The notes below the pieces were generated by a model. That model was not told the DNA's origin. It saw nothing but the letters and a program-made list of their open reading frames with translations, and searched no databases. A stretch of 64,000 nt of DNA from Chiloscyllium plagiosum (lineage: Eukaryota): NCBI RefSeq assembly GCF_004010195.1, contig NC_057718.1, forward strand, positions 44,361,341 through 44,425,340, written 5' to 3'. Positions 24,852 to 38,621 of the stretch are shown here, piece after piece (the stretch's first letter is position 1; the number at the start of each line of letters is the position of its first letter). A program made the position numbers and the translations under genes.

Positions 24852-27102
24852 GTATGCCGAAGAGTTGTGTTCTGCAGTGTGGATAATGCAATGCAGTCTT
24901 TCTTTGACACTGATTACCTGAAATTGCATGATTTTGTCTTGAATGCAGTGAGTGCAAAGTTTACACCCTTGGTAATGTTATGAATGAAGCATTGTCACTG
25001 TGGGAAAGTGTTTGCTATTTTTGATCATTTACAAATCCAAGATGAGGTTGACCAAAGTATATTCCCATTGTCTAATGCATAAGTCATTATTTATTTTTCT
25101 TCCACAAGCAAAAATTAGACTTGATAAATAGTTACTAAACAAGACAGTGGTCTTTAAAATCACATGATATATCGTTGTGGAAATATGATACGTCATTGTA
25201 ATTACTACAATGAAGCATCACACTCATGTGGATCTTGTATTGGATCAAGAGTGTGATTTGAAGTCAGTATCTTTTATAAAGTATTAATCAATTAAAGAAT
25301 GTGATGTTACTCAGTCCCACTTTAATATCTATGTTGCAGCCTCAACTCAGTGGTTGTATTGAATGGTGTCACAAGCTTATGGTCTACTCCTGCTAATATT
25401 CTTATCTGGAGTAACTAGAGTGGGTTCAGTTTCTACCCCACACACTTGGTCATACAGAGCCACATTTTTACTTCTGACATGATGAGCACAAGTTGAGGTA
25501 TTTCCCGTCTTGCCACTTACATCTCGGTTGTGGAGGTAGGGGTGTGAGGTTTATTCATAACCCTACATCAAAGATAACTAATTCTTTAATAGTATCTTTG
25601 AGATATCAATAAAACTGTGAATGTATAACACACTTGCTGGGATAATTATAGATGGTGGAAAGCAGCCACGGATTAATAAGGTCCATGTTGGGGTAATGTC
25701 AGCAAAGAGCTGTTGTAACTGTTAGAACGGGTTTATTTCAACTTTTGCTGACACCAGTAGTCTTTTTTTTCTAGTTTTTAAAGGGTTGAGGATTCAGTAA
25801 TAGATTCACAATACTACAGACCTTGACCACAGCATGAGCCTTTATAATTTCATAAATTCATAAGTGGTACTGGTTAAGGTCCTTGCTATAGCAAAAATGA
25901 AGTATGTTTGAACGCAGCACCGTACTCAAAAAGCTTGGTTGAATTCAAGTCTCTCTTATTTAGGTCATGCCCTCTTCCTTTTCCTGTACCAGCAAAAATG
26001 GACCCATCAGAAAAAGGGATAGAACCTCTGGTCAGCTCTAAGCCACTGCTTGAAAGATCAGTACAGCCCTCCTGACTCTGTAAGGTTCCAGCCCATAACC
26101 TGGGTAGATACTGCAGTATAGTAGCAAGGGTGTTCTGTACTGTCAGAGGTAATCATGACCCTGTAGGTCTTCCCAATTGAAGTTTAAACATTCCAACCCT
26201 ACCATTTAAAGAAGTGTATCTTGTGATACAAGCTACTTATTTATAACTTCTTTATTTTAAATACTTTCAACACAAAGAACATAAGAACAAGATTTGGCCA
26301 ATCAGTCATGAAGCTTCACCATTGAATTAGCTGAAGTCTGGTCAGGATTTCCAACTCCATGTTCATACCCTCATTTCATTATGTTTAATACCTTCGCATT
26401 TCAGGAAAATGACTACCTCCTTACTGAAAGCTCCAACTATCCTTGCTCCTCTAATGTCCCTAGTTTGTCATCATTAAGAAAACAGACGGATGTATTTACC
26501 TCGGATCAAAAGTCAATACCATCACACCTGCCCACAATGCACTCTGCCTGCCTTAATACAGTCCACCCCTGTAATCCATCTATGTCCCATTGAACCTTGC
26601 TGCTCTCAATTGCACCATGTGCTGTCCCTTCTATCTTAGTGAAGAAAGGTGTCCTTGGTGTCACTTTGGATTTTGTGCTCATTTCGGGTTGGATTTGAAC
26701 GTGCAACCCTTGAACTCAGGGATATCAGTACGGGCGCTGACTCAAGACTGACATCCAAGAATGTTTTAAGATGAATTCTCACCACTGCTCATCATGTTCT
26801 TTGAGTTATCTGGTAGATTTGCTGGTACCTACATATTTCCTCTTTGGGATCTATAGAATCTGTATGGTCCAATGTGGTAGACGAAAACACTTTACTAGCC
26901 GAATGACAAGAGGCTCTTGTCTTAACTAAGATAAGGTTTATTACATGATAACAACAATAGTATAAGTTACATTAATGTGATGGACATTGCTACAGAAACA
27001 GTAAGAAAGGGCCAGATGGTAGGTTTTACTCCTTGGAGATCTTAAGCTGCTCTCCTACCAAGTCTGTATGATGCCATCATTGTGTACGGTGCTAAAGGCA
27101 CT

Positions 27103-30100
27103 TAGAACATAGGACATTACAGCGCAGTACAGGCCCTTCAGCCCTTGATGTTGCGCCGACCTGTGGAACCAATCTGAAGTCCATCAAACGTACACTATTC
27201 CATTATCATCCATATGTTTATCCAATGACCATTGAAATGCCCTTAAACTGGTGAGTCTACTTGTGTTGTAGGCAGTGCTTTCCATGCCCCTCCTACTCTC
27301 GGAGTAAAGAAACTACCTCTGACATCTGTCCTATATCTATCACCCTTCAATTTATAGCTATGTCCCCTCGTGCTAGTCATCACTATCTGAGGAAATAAAC
27401 TCTCACTGTCCACCCTATTTGATCCTCTGATTATCTTACATGTTTAATTAAGTCGCCTCTCAACCTTCTTCTCTCTAACGAAAACGGCCTCAAGTCCATC
27501 AGCCTTTCCTCATAAGACCTTCCCTCCATACCAGGCAACATCCTAGTAAATTTCCAAAGCTTCCACATCCTTCCTATGATGCGATGACCAGAACTATACA
27601 CAATATTCCAAGTGCGGCTGGACCAGAGTTTTGTACAGCTGCAGCATGACTTGTGGCTCTGAAACTCAATCCTTCTACCAATAAAACCTAACACACCATA
27701 TGCATTCTTAACAACCTGGATGGCAACTTACAGGGATCTATTTACATGAACAGTGAGATCTCTCTGCTCTTCTACACTACCAAGAATCTTATTATTAACC
27801 CAGTACTCTATATTCATGTTGCACCTTCCAAAGTGAATCACCTCATACATTTGCACATTAAACTCCATTTGCCACCTCTCAGCCCAGCTCTGCAGCTTAT
27901 CTATGTCCCTGTGTAACCTGCAACATCCGTCAGCACTATACACAACTCCACCGACCTTAGTGTCATTCACAAATTTACTAACCTTCCTTCTACACCCTCA
28001 TCTAGGTCATTGATAAAAATGACAAACAGCAATGGCCCCAAAACAGGTCCTTAATGTACTCCACTAGTAACTCAACTCCAGGATGAACATTTCCCATCAA
28101 CCACCACCCTGTCTTCTTTCAGCTCACCAATTTCTGATCCAAACCATTAAATCATCCTAAATCCCATGCCTCCATATTTTATGCAATAACCTACTGTGGG
28201 AACCTTGCCAAACACCTTACTGAAATCCATATACACCACATCAACTGCTTTACCCTCATCTATCTGTTTGGTCACCATCTCAAAGAACTCCATAAGGTTT
28301 GTGAGGCACGACCTACCCTTCACAAAACTGTATTGGGTATCCCTAATCAACTTATTCCTCTCTAGATGATTATAAATCCTATTTCTTGTAATCTTTTTCA
28401 ACACTTTATCCACAACTGAAGTAAGGTTCACTGATCTATGAATACCAGGGTTATCTCTACTTCCCTTCTTGAACAAAGGAGCAACATTTGCTATCCTCCC
28501 ATCTTCAGGCACCATTCCTGTAGTCAATGAAGACATAAAGATCAAAGCCAAGGGCTCTGCAATCTCCTCCCTGGCTTCCCAGAGAATCCTAGGATAAATC
28601 CCATCTGGCCCAGGGGACTTACCTATTTTCACATGTTCCAGAATTGCTAACACCTCCTATTGGTGAACCTCTAGTAACCTGTATCTCTGTATTCTCCTCG
28701 ACTACATTGTATTTTTTCTAGTGTGAATACTGAGGAAAAATATTCATTTAGCACTTTCCCTAACTCCTCGGACTCCACACACAACTTCCCACTACTATCC
28801 TTGACTGGCCCTATTCTTTCTCTAGTTATTCTTTTATTCCTGATCTACAGCTTTAGGGTTTTCCTTGATCCTATCTGCCAATAATTTCTAATTTGCCTTC
28901 CTGTCTCTTCTTAGCTCTCTCTTCAGGTCTTTCCTGGCTAACTTGTAACTCTGTAACTGAGCCTTCCTGCCTCATCCTAACATAAGCCGCCTTCTTCCTC
29001 TTAACAAGAGATTCAACTTCTTAGTAAAGCACAACTCCTTCGCTTGACACTTTCTCCCTGCCTGACAGGTACATACTTAGCAAGGACACACAGCAGCTGT
29101 TCCTTGAATAAGCTCCAACTTCAGTTATGCCCATCCCCTGCAGTTTCCTTCCCTATCCCAAGCATCCCAAATCTTGCCTAATCGCATTGTAATTGCCTTT
29201 CCCCCAGCAATAACTCCTGCCCTGTGTTATATACCTATCTTTTTTCATCAGTAAAGTAAACCTAACCGAATAGTGGTCACTATCACCAAAGTGCTCACCT
29301 ACCTCCAAACCTAACACCGGGCCTGGTTCATTACCCAGTACCAAATCCAATGTGGCCTCGTCCCTTGTTGGCCTGTGAACATACTGTGTCAGGAAACCAT
29401 CCCACACACATTGGACAAAACTGACTCATCTAAAGTACTCAAACTATAGTATTTCCAGTCAATATTTGGAAAGTTAGCGTGCCCCATAACAACTACCCTA
29501 TTCCTCTCACTCCTATCCAGCATCATATTTGCTATCCTTTCCTCTTTATCTCTGGAACTATTTTGGAGGCCTATGGAAAATTCCCAACAGGGTGATCTCT
29601 CCTTTCCTGTTTTTAACTTCAGTAGATGAGTCCTCAAACTTCCTTTTTGCGACAGTTATGCTGTCCTTGACTAACAATTCCACACCTCCCCCTCTTATAC
29701 CATCTTCTCTGTTCTTACTGAAACATCTCATTTCCAGAACCTGCAACAACCATTCCTGTCCCTGCTCAACCCATGTCTCCGAAATGGCCACAACAGTGAA
29801 GTCCCAGGGACCAACCCATGCTGTAAGTTCACCTACTTTATTTCAGATGCCCCTGGAGTTGAAGTAGACACAATTCAAACTACCTTCCTGCCTGCCAGTG
29901 AACTCTTGTTACCTTGAAACCTCATTTCTGACCTCACTACTCTAAACCTCCCCGACACTGGAACTACAACTTGGGTTCCCATCCCTCTGCTGAGTTAGTT
30001 TGAACCCTCCCAAAGAGCATTAGCAAATTCCCCCCCCCCACAGGATATTGGTACCCCTCTGGTTCAGGTGAAGACCATCCTGTTTGTTGAGGTCCCATCT

Positions 30101-31290
30101 ACCCCAGAATGAGCCTCAATTATCCATGTATCCGAAACCCTCCTTCCTGCACCATCCCAATAGCCACATGTTCAACTCCTCTCTCTCCCTATTCTTCACC
30201 TCGCTAGCATGTGGCATGGGCAACAAACCAGAGATAACAACTCTGTTTGTTCTAGCTCTAAGTTTCCACCCTAGCTCCCTGAATTTCTGCCTTAAATTCC
30301 CATCCCTTTTCCTATCTATGTCGTTTGTGCCTATATGGACCACGACTTGGGGTTGCTCCCCCTCAAGGATCCTGAAAGTATGATCCGAGACATCACGAAC
30401 CCTTGCACCTGAGAGGCAACACACCAACCGTTGAGTATCTCTCATTCCCACAGAACCTCCTATCTGTCCCCCTAACTATGGAGCCCCAAGTGACCAATGC
30501 TCTGCTCATCTCCCCCTTCCCTTCTGAACAACAGGGACATACTCTGTGCCAGAGATTTGTACCCCATGGCTTACCCTTGGTAAGTCGTCCACCCCCCCCA
30601 CCCCCCAACAGCATCCAAAACGGAATACTTGCTGTTGAGGGGAACGGCCACAGGGATTCCCTGCATTGCCTGCCAGTTCGCTTTCCATCCCATCTGTCTT
30701 TTTCTTGTACCTGAGGTGAGACTACCTCCCTGTAATTCCTCTCTATAACCCCTTCCACCTCCCAAATGATCCAAAGGTCATCCAGCTCCAGTTCCCTAAT
30801 GCGGTTTTTGAGGAGCTGGAGTTGAATGCACTTCCCACAGATGCAGTCAGCAGGGACACTAGTGGTGACTGTTACCTCCCACATTCTGCAGGAGGAACAA
30901 TCAACTACCCTCACCTCCATTCCCACTATACTAAATTCCCAAATAGACTGTAGAAAAATAAAGATTTTTTTAAAATCTAGTTTTCTTACCAATCCGGCAT
31001 ACAGAACTTTTTTTTTGGTTAAAGGAGGAGGATGGGTGGGAGACACTACCTGAATAGTGTTTTGGATAACACAACCACCCTAATATATTACCTAACTATT
31101 CAGCAGTCCCGTGTCCGCTCCTGCTCAGCGTGCACTCCGCCTATTCACGAGGTAAGTATTTAAATCAGTGACTCACCTTCCCATCAGCCCCCGGTCAACG
31201 CTCCCGCTCTTCCTGCTGCTGAAACAAAAATGGAGGGCACCGACGCTCAACGTAAGTATTTAAGTCAGTGACTCACCTTCTTCGTGTTAA
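27103..31290 (-). mobile_element. Near full-length CR1 LINE (~4.2 kb), degenerate
   Basis: 5'UTR about 31290-30925; ORF1 zinc finger CSSCRMW...CICGKC, zipper, SGNH esterase (GSIVRG, VVHIGTND); ORF2 APE endonuclease (AISETW, SDHY) and RT (KSPGPDGIYPR, VDVVYMDFSK); many stops and frameshifts. Confidence 0.95.
31152..31280. repeat. 29-bp direct repeat at 100-bp spacing in the CR1 5'UTR
   Basis: GTAAGTATTTAA(A/G)TCAGTGACTCACCTTC at 31152-31180 and 31252-31280. Confidence 0.9.
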
Positions 31291-33031
31291 CCACTTCAGA
31301 CTCATACACCTAATAAAGCAAAGAAAGTCAGTTCAAGTGTATAAAAGTTCTCCCATGGCTGTAGGAAGGTGGTACTTGAAGGAGGCAAATGGGACCTTTG
31401 ACCATCGAAAAGCAAATCAGCTAATCTTTGAATTTACCACGGATATTTAAAACCTGACAGCAGCATAGCAAATCAATGAAAAAGCAATAACAGGTGGTAA
31501 TAGTGGTAAATTGAAACATAAACTAATATCATAGTTACCTGATCGAAAAGCAAGAGTGTTGAAATCCTGGATTTAATTTCACAGCCTCTAAGATCTGTCT
31601 GAACAGCAAAAAATGTCTTCCATTGTATTTTTAAATATCTGATTTAGAAATGTTTTGCTTGGCATGCATACTTCCCTGTATCACACTTGTGCCTGCCTTC
31701 ACACAAGTTCAGTTTTTATAACGGAATAAACATGAAGCAAACTTTCTGCTTGGTTACACCTATGTGTAACCAGTATAGGTTGGCTGTAAACATTTATACT
31801 AATCTATTACACCATATCTCTGCCATCTTAATGTCTAACTTAATTTTCCTGCTGTTTCATTTGGGATGAGTAGTTTATGAATTACGATAGGTAAATTAGG
31901 TTCCAATGGTATAATTATTTGCCCACACTATTTGCAAGAGTTGACTCCATAATAATAAACTGCTCCACATGAAATGGATTGCAGTACTCATGATTTCTAG
32001 AGGTTGGTGTTTTCTTACAAAGTGAAATAAAATACTTATATACAAAGATATCTTGCTGTGTGTTGAAATTGTGATTTTGTTGACTCTTAATCTCTTCGTC
32101 AAATCACTGCCAATTGCTCAGAATGCATGGTCCCAAGCAATTTGGCCCAGTATTTTGGAAATGTCTACTACATTGATTCAACAGATTAACCAAGTGAAAT
32201 TATTCTTTAATTATCCTTTAATCAAGGAGCAACTGAAGGGTACCAGGCTGGTTATGCTTCACAGCAGCCAGTTTTCTGCCACTGGATTATACCAAAGCTA
32301 TAATTCGAGGCAAATATATGTGGAAAGCAGTAACACAGCTGTGCTATCTGCAGGAAGGATACGTACAGCTAGTATGTGGTATAGATGTAGTACTACGAAT
32401 GGTATTAACAGTCAACAATGCCTTCAGGTCCTCTGCCTTCACCTCTTTCTCACACATTCTATTGGAGTTCTGTGAATGAAGTGTCCGAGGTGGCTAACAA
32501 AGTGACCTCCTACCTAATAATTCTGGATCAGTGGTGCTGGAAGAGCAAAGCAATTCGGGCAGCATACAGTGCCATCACTATTGTCAGCCATGAATATTGT
32601 GCTGCTTTATCCCTTGGGAAGAGACAGTTTGGCAATGCCAGAGGGTAACAGCCACTGGGTGCCAAAGGCATTTTCTAAACCTAAATGCTTTTTGAAAGTA
32701 CATAAATTTGATAAGCCGTTAGAAAGGTGACCAACAATTTTATTCAACAAATTAGTAAATTACAAGTGGTTACACTTCATATTATTTACCATTCTTTGTA
32801 ATGAACCCTTAAAAATAACCAGGCATTAATTAATAACAAATATGATAAACTGGTGTGCTATTTATTATCTAACACTGCTATAAATGTGTGAAGGGTTTGG
32901 TGTATTGGAAATAAGTTTGTGTTCAGCTTTGCTCCAGTTTTGAGCTGTGCATGCGGCTCTTCAATCAGTGTGGCATTAGTAAATGGTATCAGGAATTAGT
33001 AATCATAATTATTCATTGTTTTGATTTTAAG

Positions 33032-33247
33032 GGACTAACTGACACAAAAATCACAGAACGTGGAGCTCAAATCAGTAATTCCAACATCTCAGTGCTTTGT
33101 GTGCCAAGCCAGAGTCAGCTAAGTGACGCCTGTTCTCAGACTTCTCTGCACCGCAGTGTCAGTCAGCTAATTGATACCCATGACAGAAAATCCCTCATTG
33201 AAGACTCAGTTTGGGACTCTCTTGGACATGGTCGTGACAGTGGAATG
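33032..33247 (+). CDS. USH2A: USH2A penultimate coding exon (cytoplasmic tail)
   Basis: ttaag|GGA CTA ACT GAC ACA AAA ATC...GGA ATG|gtaat, 216 nt. GLTDTKI...SLHRSVSQLIDTHDRKSLIEDSVWD. Confidence 0.95.
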
Positions 33248-34132
33248 GTAATTAAGTCATGAACATGTATGGTGTTGAAATTTATAAAAAGCTTAGGGGA
33301 TAATATTGGTCAGAGCCATCACTGCATGTTGGGATAACAGGGAATCAGCATCCCATCTTTTATCATTGAGCCCAGTTCACTTTTCCATCCAAGTCAGTAG
33401 AAAAGAAAATTGGAATGCTATAAAAGTGGCTGAAAGTTTGTTTTTGGTTTCGTTTGCATTAGTCATTAATCAGTTTCACTCTTTTTCGTAAAGTAATCAT
33501 TGATTTAGTCGCATTTCAGAGTTGAATTTGATTAATCTGGAATCCAATATAAATCATGATTATACGAGAAGTGATTAAGTACATATAAAAAGATGAAAAC
33601 CTTACTAATTCAGCAAATTCATCATGAAATCTAAGAATAGTCAAATTTGAAAATGTTTCCTAGTCGGGGTAGCGCATGACAAGAGGCCAAACACATGAGA
33701 TCTTTAAGAACTCCAAAAGGGAATTCAGAATAAATTTCTTTATCTATAAAGTGCTGACATCACGGACATTGCTCCCCAAGGGGACAGTTGAATGAATAGT
33801 GTAGATAAATTTAAGGAAAAGCAAGACAGGTATATGGGGAGCAAAGGAATAAAGGGTTACTATGATAAATTTCATTAAGGAAAGATGCAAGGAGACTTGG
33901 AAGAAGCATTAATGCTTGTATGGACAGTTTGGGCTGAATGGCCTGTTTTTATGCTGTATATTTATGTATTTGCACAGTAATCAATGTCTGAATAGAGAAA
34001 ATACTGTGTAATTACATGATTGAATTCAATGAAACTAGACTATCCATATAATTTGACTAAGCACATGTACAAGAATTTATAGTTGTTGTAAATGGATAAT
34101 GCTTATCTAATGTGATTTTATTTCTTTTCCAG

Positions 34133-34222
34133 TACCCAGATGATGAAGAACTATTTGAGTCAATTAAAGGTTTTAGTTCAGTTACAAAGGAGCACACAAT
34201 ATTCACAGACACTCAGCTGTAA
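34133..34222 (+). CDS. USH2A: USH2A terminal coding exon with C-terminal class I PDZ-binding motif (DTQL)
   Basis: ttccag|TAC CCA GAT GAT GAA...GAC ACT CAG CTG TAA. YPDDEELFESIKGFSSVTKEHTIFTDTQL* (cf. recalled FSSVTKERTTFTDTHL). Confidence 0.96.
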   Translation, partial: YPDDEELFESIKGFSSVTKEHTIFTDTQL

Positions 34223-34236
34223 CAAGAATTTTCACA

Positions 34237-34300
34237 AAGCTGAAAGTGCTGGAGAAGCTCAACAGATCTGGCAGCAGCTGTGGAGGGAGAAACAGAGTTC
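34237..34300 (-). mobile_element. Short Penelope-pLTR-like repeat fragment in the USH2A 3'UTR
   Basis: gctggagaagctcaacagatctggcagcagctgtggagggagaaacagagtt is the reverse complement of the motif at 35120-35180 and 43885-43945. Confidence 0.55.
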
Positions 34301-34416
34301 ACATGGAATTTCTTTGGAACTACAGAGAGAGTGGAAAAGTCACAGTTTTTATACTATTTTGTTTTTATTTTACTTTTTGAAGCATATTTATTTCTAGGTT
34401 TCAAAACGTGTTCATA

Positions 34417-34422
34417 AATAAA
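34417..34422 (+). promoter_or_regulatory. Candidate USH2A polyadenylation signal AATAAA
   Basis: AATAAA about 195 nt after the stop codon; no transcript evidence. Confidence 0.4.
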
Positions 34423-35084
34423 TGAGTTAGTGATGTATATTTAGTAAGTCAAAGATATTTAGTTGCTGGTCACCATTATGAGAATCCTTTTGCATTTTCA
34501 TTTGGGTTGCGTTTACATAACTTTCATTCTGGAGAACTTTTCAAAGTCACAGTTCATAATGTGATAAATCTACTGTCCAGCAGAGGGCCCTATGTTAGTA
34601 GCAACTGATGTTGAATGTATTTATTCAATCTTGTCTGAAGTATATTCATACTTTCTGACAAGATATTAATACAAGTACTTAAAGTTCATATATTTTCCAA
34701 ATTCAAACCATGATATATAAACAAATTACTCATTGTACAAACTGTCAACAGCTCTGTTAGATGTTTGCACATTCCATGAAGTCTTATTTCTAAGAGCAGG
34801 TACAAATGACATAATCCTTTATTAAAGACAGTGTCAGATTGTCTGATCCTTGAAAGCAGTATGCTTCCTGGTAAATCACAATTGCCTTGTTAGCAATTTT
34901 CCACTGATATTTATGGAAAGAAAATTGCAGGCATTGCACCTATCATCACCCCCAACTTCCAGGCCTTGCCAATGGAACAGGGACCGAGAAAGTTTTATTC
35001 ATATGGCACCGTGAACACTTTCATTCAAATTGTACATGCTATTTTTCAATTTGAAGTTGCAAACAATAGGAACTACCTAGAGCG

Positions 35085-35205
35085 TTCTAATGAAGGCTTA
35101 CCAGACTCGAACAAAGACTTCGCTTTTTCTCCACAGATGCTGATAGGCCTGCTGAGTTTTTTTCCAGCAATTTCTGCTATTGTTTCAGATCTTAAGCATC
35201 TGGAG
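35085..35205 (+). mobile_element. Penelope-pLTR-like fragment with a decayed hammerhead core
   Basis: tctaatgaaggcttaccagactcgaa...ccacagatgctgataggcctgctgagtt; CTAATGA in place of CTGATGA. Confidence 0.5.
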
Positions 35206-38121
35206 TTCGTTGTCTTATTAGAGGAGTACCTATGTTCAGACACAGCAGTGCTCGGTTTTAGCACCAACAACTGTGTGATCCTCTTTATGGTGGGGTTTTA
35301 GAAACAGTGAACAGTAAGGAAAATGAAATGAAAACAGAACAGAGAACCTCTTTGATAATATCTCACTATTTATCATCTAGTCACTTATATCTTTTAATTC
35401 ATCTTGCCATAAGAAAAGCCACATTGATTGAACCTTATTAACGCAGCTTGTTTGTGAGACACTTATGCTAACAAGTCAAAATTTCTCATTTTAAGATACT
35501 AAAATGCTCAACAAATTGAAGGGGTAAAATTTTGGGTGGGTTCCTTTATTAATGTGAAGAATTACCCACACAATTGTACATCATACTGTCAGTGGTGACT
35601 ACTGCATTTATATTTTATCTTCAAAAACTTGCTGACTCTTCATGTGCTGTATACAAATTAACTGAAACATATTCAGGCTTTATTCCCAAGTGATTAACAC
35701 AAAACAAATCTTTTAAAACAAAGTAGCTACTGGATTCTGTGATGTTATGCTTTTATTTCCTAAGAGGAATTGTTGTAGTTTAGCTTGTCAGGTCTACAGT
35801 CTAACTGTGAAATATGAACATGGTGTGAGTCTCAGAACATGTAAATCACACTTAATAACTGATAATCAGTATACAGGTACATGTTTTTGAGGTTTAGTTT
35901 TGGAACTTTTTGCATTAAATTAGAATGGAGAACAATGGCCTCATCATGTGAGAAAACTCTCAGGGTGTTACTAGTTTATAAAGAAAATCAGGTCACCCCA
36001 TGCCCATAAGGAGGATGTTGATGAGCAAGCAACATGAGCAACAAAAGCAATCTGACAAGTGCTGTATATGAATAATTTGTAATGAGAGCCATGGGTATTG
36101 TTAACTCCCTATAGACTGAAATTTAAATGAAACAGTATACTCATGCAATTATTGGAACCAAGATATTTTAAAAAAGAACTTAAACAATGCACACTTATGC
36201 TGCACCAGGTTTCTGAAATGAGAAAAGTATTTAACCAGACAATATATAGATTTCATTACTTTGTGTGGGTTTGCACTTACAAATTTCAACAGTGTACTTC
36301 AAAGCCTACAGTCAATCTACAACACAAAAAAGTGCAGTATTTGAAAGAGAATGAGGTAAATTTTCTGAGAAGATAAAAAGATCATAAAGAAGTCAGCTTA
36401 ACATTGGGCCAACATTATATGAGTCAGTGATAAACCTCCGACTCATAATTCAGCCAGTTTCTGGAAAGCTCACCAAAAGAAAGGGAGGTAATTATATATG
36501 CAGGTAGAGTTAGAGGTCTAATGCTATTTTGCCAAGCGATGTTGCAACTTAAAGTTACCTGTTCTCACTCCGAAGCACTCTCAACAGACTATTGGTAGTA
36601 ACACATGCTCAATAGACAGGATCATGTTAAGTCCGTTTGCTCCACGTACTTGTGGGGGAAAAAAAAGCGTATTCTACATTCAATGTGGGCCATTGTTTTC
36701 ACACAATTGGACAGTCCTTTCACTGCTGATCATGTGACAAAGCTGTAACTGACTTGTCGATTCAAAGGTACCCAGTTCAAATGGTTATAAAGCTATCAAT
36801 CTACATACTTAATTACTGATGAATAAGATGGACTTTGGAATATCAAATGTGGGGACTATTAATGACCCCAAACTTTGGAAAGTGCAGAAATATGATGATG
36901 TTTGACAGTCATGAGGTGTTGTTCCTAATCAGTAAAAACAAAAGGCCATATTGGACTGTTCATTAGTTAACTGTTTGATAAATGAGCATGCTAATTAACT
37001 AAATATCCACCTCTGAGCAAAGCATATGAACATGAATGAAAGGCATTCTAAAAGTGGAGAATGGTTCTTGGAATTGTTGATATTTAATGTTCAAATCTGA
37101 TACAAACCTTCCAAATGATAAATAGGATAAATAGTTATAAAATGATTATAAAGATAACTAAGTTATGGATTGACTTGTCAATTAATGCAGCTTCAATAAT
37201 TATGGCAATTTGTTAAAAAGTCTACTTCTGCAAATAGGGAATGGCATTGTCCATATTACTTAGGTTTAAACTGTGATTATTTCAGAGTCTTTTCAATTGT
37301 ATTAGTAACTCTGTTTTCTAAAAGCAATATCAAGAGTAACAGTGAATATATGGGCAGTCGAAAGCTCAGAATATGGCTATAAGCACCTCAGAGTGAAAAA
37401 AAAAGATAAAATGCAGGTATTCAAAATAATTTCTAAAGCAGTGTGTTTTGTCCATCAGTTTTTTTTTTGTAATTATGTCTAAGTGTCTTAAACAAAATAC
37501 ATCTGAAGTGTCAAATCTGTTCAGTTTGGTACATACTTCTGTGCAAAATTCAGTATTTCAACAAATGTTTAGTTTGCATATTTAAATTTGCAGGCCTAGA
37601 AATTAAATTGCTTATAGACAAGATGCCTTTAGTATGGCATATTGGACCAGATTGTCAGGATAGCATAGGCACAGACCAACATTAATATAAACAATCATTA
37701 TAGTACTTTAAAAAATGATTCTATGATTGTTTAGTTGGAAAATTGGGTTGTCCTGAAAATTTACCCATGAAGTGACAAACTGGGACAGCAAATCCTTTTG
37801 CCAATAGGAGCCTTCAGACATTGGATTTATAGGGCTCACCAATCCGAAGAGGTTATTGCTGGTTACTTAGTCTTCTGAGGTTGCAGGTTAAAATTACTAG
37901 TGGCCCAAAAGTTTACTTATAGTAACCACATAGAGCTGCATTGTTCTTGTCTTCACCATAAACAATTTTGTTCTTTGGTGTCATTTGATTTTTGGGGCTA
38001 GAAGAGGTAGGAGGAACAAATAAGGTGGAAAAGAATAAGAGTGGTTGGATGACAGAGAGAGATGGATATGGAGAAGGCTACCATATCCACAGTCGGATAT
38101 CACTAAGATCATTTTATGCAT

Positions 38122-38621
38122 NNNNNNNNNNNNNNNNNNNNNNNNNNNNNNNNNNNNNNNNNNNNNNNNNNNNNNNNNNNNNNNNNNNNNNNNNNNNNNN
38201 NNNNNNNNNNNNNNNNNNNNNNNNNNNNNNNNNNNNNNNNNNNNNNNNNNNNNNNNNNNNNNNNNNNNNNNNNNNNNNNNNNNNNNNNNNNNNNNNNNNN
38301 NNNNNNNNNNNNNNNNNNNNNNNNNNNNNNNNNNNNNNNNNNNNNNNNNNNNNNNNNNNNNNNNNNNNNNNNNNNNNNNNNNNNNNNNNNNNNNNNNNNN
38401 NNNNNNNNNNNNNNNNNNNNNNNNNNNNNNNNNNNNNNNNNNNNNNNNNNNNNNNNNNNNNNNNNNNNNNNNNNNNNNNNNNNNNNNNNNNNNNNNNNNN
38501 NNNNNNNNNNNNNNNNNNNNNNNNNNNNNNNNNNNNNNNNNNNNNNNNNNNNNNNNNNNNNNNNNNNNNNNNNNNNNNNNNNNNNNNNNNNNNNNNNNNN
38601 NNNNNNNNNNNNNNNNNNNNN
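38122..38621. other. Assembly gap (500 N)
   Basis: Run of N; a CR1 tail follows directly. Confidence 1.

Noticed and set aside
26040..26230. Possible DeuSINE/SacSINE-like remnant
   Set aside because: Resemblance too weak to support by eye.
30393..31046. 217-aa ORF as a host gene
   Set aside because: Frameshifted CR1 ORF1 within a LINE.
31150..31159. ATACTTACCT on the minus strand as a U1 snRNA gene
   Set aside because: Only about 10 nt match; no U1 body follows.
32053..32475. 140-aa intronic ORF
   Set aside because: No recognisable homology or convincing splice context; likely chance.
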